Assembly (NCBI GenBank): GCA_036274575.1
Contig: DASUFJ010000021.1
Span: 8,347 to 72,346, forward strand
Source: Candidatus Limnocylindria bacterium
GTDB taxonomy: Bacteria > Chloroflexota > Limnocylindria > QHBO01
Direction of reading: 5' to 3'
Length of the DNA stretch: 64,000 nucleotides
Below are positions 61,610 through 64,000 of the stretch, one piece after another. Numbering within the stretch: position 1 is the stretch's first letter; every line of letters begins with the position of its first letter. A program made the position numbers and the translations under genes. Below the pieces are notes generated by a model. It searched no databases and was not told the DNA's origin. It saw only the letters and a program-made list of their open reading frames with translations.

Positions 61610-62304
61610 AGATCCTCGTGATCGACGACGAGCCCGACGTCATCGAGTCGGTCAGGCTCGGATTCACGCTTCAATGGCGCGAGGTTGATGTCATCGGCGT
61701 CGCCATGGGTGAGCCCGGGCTCGACGCGGTCGAACGCGAGCTTCCGGATCTCGTGCTGCTCGACATCGGCCTACCCGACATCGACGGCTTCGAGGTGCTG
61801 CGCCGGATTCGCGCGTTCTCCGACGTGCCCGTGGTGATGCTCACGGCCCATGACGAGTCAATGGACAAGGTCAAGGGCCTGGAGCTCGGCGCGGACGACT
61901 ACGTGACGAAGCCGTTCAACCATCTCGAATTGATGGCACGCGTCAAGGCACTCCTGCGCCGGCTCGACATGCCGGCACCATCGAGCCGCACGCCGTCATT
62001 TCGGTCGGGCGACCTGGAGGTCGACTTCACCCGACAGGAGGCCCGATTGGCGGGTCAACGCCTCGACCTCACGCCCACCGAGTACAAGCTGCTCTACCAC
62101 CTCGTCCGGAACGCCGGTCACATCCTCCCGCACGCGACGCTGCTCGCGAAGGTCTGGGGCCGCGACTACGTGGACGAGGTCGATTACATCCGGGTCTACG
62201 TCCGCCGGCTGCGAGAGAAGCTCCGCGACGACCCCGACCAACCGCGCTACATCCGGACCGAACGCGGCCTGGGCTATCGGTTCATGGTCGACGAGCCCGC
62301 CTGA
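61606..62304 (+). CDS. OmpR/PhoB-family DNA-binding response regulator
   Basis: REC motifs KILVIDDEPD, LVLLDIGLPD, VMLTA and YVTKPF. Winged helix: LTPTEYKLLYHLVRNAG...IRTERGLGYRF. The ATG overlaps the kinase stop. Confidence 0.93.
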   Translation: MKILVIDDEPDVIESVRLGFTLQWREVDVIGVAMGEPGLDAVERELPDLVLLDIGLPDIDGFEVLRRIRAFSDVPVVMLTAHDESMDKVKGLELGADDYVTKPFNHLELMARVKALLRRLDMPAPSSRTPSFRSGDLEVDFTRQEARLAGQRLDLTPTEYKLLYHLVRNAGHILPHATLLAKVWGRDYVDEVDYIRVYVRRLREKLRDDPDQPRYIRTERGLGYRFMVDEPA

Positions 62305-62417
62305 TCCACCCGACACGGCCGAATTCGGACGTTCGGCTACAATCCTCGTCGGAGTTCGTCCGAATGCAGAAGGGATGGCCAATAGCCGATCCCGCACGCG
62401 CGTTCGGCCCTCGTCGT

Positions 62418-62492
62418 TGGGGAGTGGCCAAGCGGTAAGGCGCCTGACTCTGGATCAGGAGACCGAAGGTTCGAATCCTTCCTCCCCAGCCA
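62418..62492 (+). tRNA. tRNA-Gln (anticodon CTG), CCA encoded
   Basis: Hand-folded cloverleaf. Acceptor TGGGGAG/CTCCCCA; 3-bp D stem GCC/GGC; anticodon stem CCTGA/TCAGG with loop CT-CTG-GA (anticodon 62450-62452); T arm GAAGG-TTCGAAT-CCTTC; discriminator G then CCA. Confidence 0.9.
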
Positions 62493-62517
62493 ACCACCGC
62501 CGGCACCCGAGGGAACG

Positions 62518-62910
62518 TTGGACGTGGTCAGACGCCTTTCGAACGCGGCGAAGCTGAACGTCGCGGGCCTCGTCCTGACGGCCGCCGGGATGCTGGTCCA
62601 GATCGCGGCGGGCTCGGAGCTCTACCCGAGCCTCGCCGGGCCGATCGTCCTGCTCGTGACGGCGGTCGTCGTGGCGGTCTGGCCCCGTCGCTGGGTGGCT
62701 TACGTGGCGCTGCTCATCCCGCTGGTGTTGGGACTGGGGGCGATCGTCGCCGCCGTCATGACGGGCGAATTCACCGAGCAACTGACCGACACCGGCAATG
62801 TGGGAATCCTGGTCGGGAGCCTGATGCACGTGGTCGGCCTGATAGCGGCGGTCGCTGGCGGCGTCGGGATGCTGTTGGGTCGTCAGGGCACGGGTGAGCG
62901 TGAGCGTTGA
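62518..62910 (+). CDS. hypothetical membrane protein (4 TM helices)
   Basis: 130 aa. TTG start at 62518 (alternative GTG at 62524). Hydrophobic helices throughout. Confidence 0.6.
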   Translation: MDVVRRLSNAAKLNVAGLVLTAAGMLVQIAAGSELYPSLAGPIVLLVTAVVVAVWPRRWVAYVALLIPLVLGLGAIVAAVMTGEFTEQLTDTGNVGILVGSLMHVVGLIAAVAGGVGMLLGRQGTGERER

Positions 62911-63595
62911 GGTCGGCGCTTCCGTCCTGCTGATCGGAGTGCCGATCGCCTTCAACGTGGCCTTCCTCGAGCTCGGTCGCGCCTTCGACTACCCGAAGAT
63001 TCTGCGCAAGGAGCCTGATGAGATCCTTCGGCGCTTCGCGGCCGGCGGCCCGGGCCTCCTTCTGCGCTGGCACGCGCTGCTGGTCAGCGCGCTCGCCTTG
63101 CTGCCGCTGGTCGCCCTGCTCGCGGTCGTCCTCGCCGCGCCGCCCGCGTTCACAGCACTCTCGATCGTCATCGGCGCGGCCGCCGGGCTCGTTCAGGCGC
63201 TCGGACTCGTGCGTTGGCCATTCGCGGTGCCGGAGCTCGCGCGCCGCTACGTGGCCGCCCAGGGACCCGACGCCGAGGCCACCCGCCGCACGGTGGAGCT
63301 CACCTTCGCGACGATCCATCGGCTGCTCGGGGTGGGCATCGGGGAGCACCTTGGGTATCTGCTGACTGGGCTGTGGACGCTGCTGGTCGGGGCATCGATC
63401 CTGTCGACTGCGGTCCTGCCGGGCTGGCTCGGCGTCATCGGCATGCCGATCGGGGTCGCCCTCCTGATCGGCACGCTCGAGTTCGTGGGACCCAACGAGG
63501 AGAACGGGTGGCCGCTGGGCGGCACCATCGTGCCGATCGCCTACATCGCCTGGTCGCTGTGGCTCATCGCACTGGGAGTATTCCTTCTGGTCTGA
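62894..63595 (+). CDS. hypothetical membrane protein (possibly DUF4386-like)
   Basis: 233 aa with 6 TM helices. The GTG start overlaps the previous gene by 17 nt. Family guess is by eye only. Confidence 0.6.
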   Translation: MSVSVEVGASVLLIGVPIAFNVAFLELGRAFDYPKILRKEPDEILRRFAAGGPGLLLRWHALLVSALALLPLVALLAVVLAAPPAFTALSIVIGAAAGLVQALGLVRWPFAVPELARRYVAAQGPDAEATRRTVELTFATIHRLLGVGIGEHLGYLLTGLWTLLVGASILSTAVLPGWLGVIGMPIGVALLIGTLEFVGPNEENGWPLGGTIVPIAYIAWSLWLIALGVFLLV

Positions 63596-63634
63596 CGAGG
63601 CGCTCCGGTTCAAGCAAGCACCGAGAATGAGCCG

Positions 63635-64000
63635 ATGAAGAACGAAGCGATCGCCGCCCTGGAGCCGCTCATCGGTACGTGGAAGCTCACCATGACCAAC
63701 GCCTGGTTCCTCGACAGCCTCGAGACCAGGGTCGAGGGAACGGCGACCATCGAGTGGCTGGACGACGCGTTCCTCATCCTCCGGTCCGACTTCGGCGCCG
63801 ATGAGCGCGAGTGGACCTGGGTCTTCGGCCGTAGCGACGCGAATGATCGGTACGTCCTGCTCTACCACGACGGCCGCGGTGTGGCGCGGGTCTTCGACAT
63901 GACCTTCGGCGACGGCACGTGGAGCATCTCGCGCGAGGATCCCGACTTCCACCAGCGCATCGTCTCGACGGTGGAGCCCGACCGCATCGTGAGCGATGTC
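63635..64000 (+). CDS. hypothetical protein, 3' end cut by window edge
   Basis: From ATG 63635 the frame is open to the window end (122 codons): MKNEAIAALEPLIGTWKLTMTNAWFLDS...DGTWSISREDPDFHQRIV. Composition is protein-like. It is not in the ORF track because no stop is reached. Confidence 0.55.
   Translation, partial: MKNEAIAALEPLIGTWKLTMTNAWFLDSLETRVEGTATIEWLDDAFLILRSDFGADEREWTWVFGRSDANDRYVLLYHDGRGVARVFDMTFGDGTWSISREDPDFHQRIVSTVEPDRIVSDV

Noticed and set aside
62305-64000. Genomic island integrated at tRNA-Gln.
   Set aside because: There is no integrase, no direct repeat of the tRNA 3' end, and no compositional break visible by eye. The downstream genes are ordinary small membrane proteins.
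1-64000. Searched both strands for anti-phage defence or mobile-element hallmarks: reverse transcriptase, nucleases, TIR/SIR2, toxin-antitoxin pairs, transposases, integrases, phage structural genes.
   Set aside because: None was recognisable by motif. The only STAND-like NTPase is the cyclase fusion at 11289-14750, reported as a finding without claiming a defence role.

Overview
This is a high-GC (about 70% by eye), gene-dense chromosomal segment with no rRNA, CRISPR array, transposase, integrase or prophage signature. The host is probably an actinobacterium-like high-GC bacterium. That is an inference from the Kgd-type fused 2-oxoglutarate dehydrogenase, several PPOX/F420-class paralogues, frequent GTG starts and many 4-nt start/stop overlaps. 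I can support about 62 protein-coding genes, one tRNA-Gln(CTG), a small family of ~48-nt intergenic repeats (four full or near-full copies plus one half copy) and a few regulatory-looking DNA motifs. Housekeeping content: mmsA (partial), a Cys/Met PLP enzyme, an mdh-gltA-MBL operon, upp, gltX, mutY, tag, mgtE, thrB, thrC, kgd/sucA, pxpABC, gap and an ABC-F ATPase. Most long ORFs in the six-frame track that lie antisense to these genes are high-GC artefacts. Three regions deserve a second look. (1) 32.2-40.9 kb is a signalling cluster. It holds a cyclase-homology domain fused to a NarL-type response regulator, a 450-bp repeat-filled spacer, a 1760-aa soluble histidine kinase with eight tandem GAF modules plus PAS and HisKA_3, and a receiver-only partner. 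(2) 54.6-62.3 kb is a complete PTS (EI, two HPr paralogues, ascorbate-family EIIA/B/C). It is translationally chained to a transaldolase/F6P-aldolase-family gene and, unusually, a Rieske [2Fe-2S] ferredoxin. Upstream lies an 11-bp-periodic GTGAAC repeat array, next to an OmpR-type two-component system whose kinase has a winged-helix-like N-terminus. (3) 11.3-15.2 kb encodes a double-zinc-ribbon/cyclase/STAND-ATPase/TPR protein with no DNA-binding output, preceded by an unrecognisable acidic protein. All domain calls come from reading motifs in the supplied translations. No database search was run.
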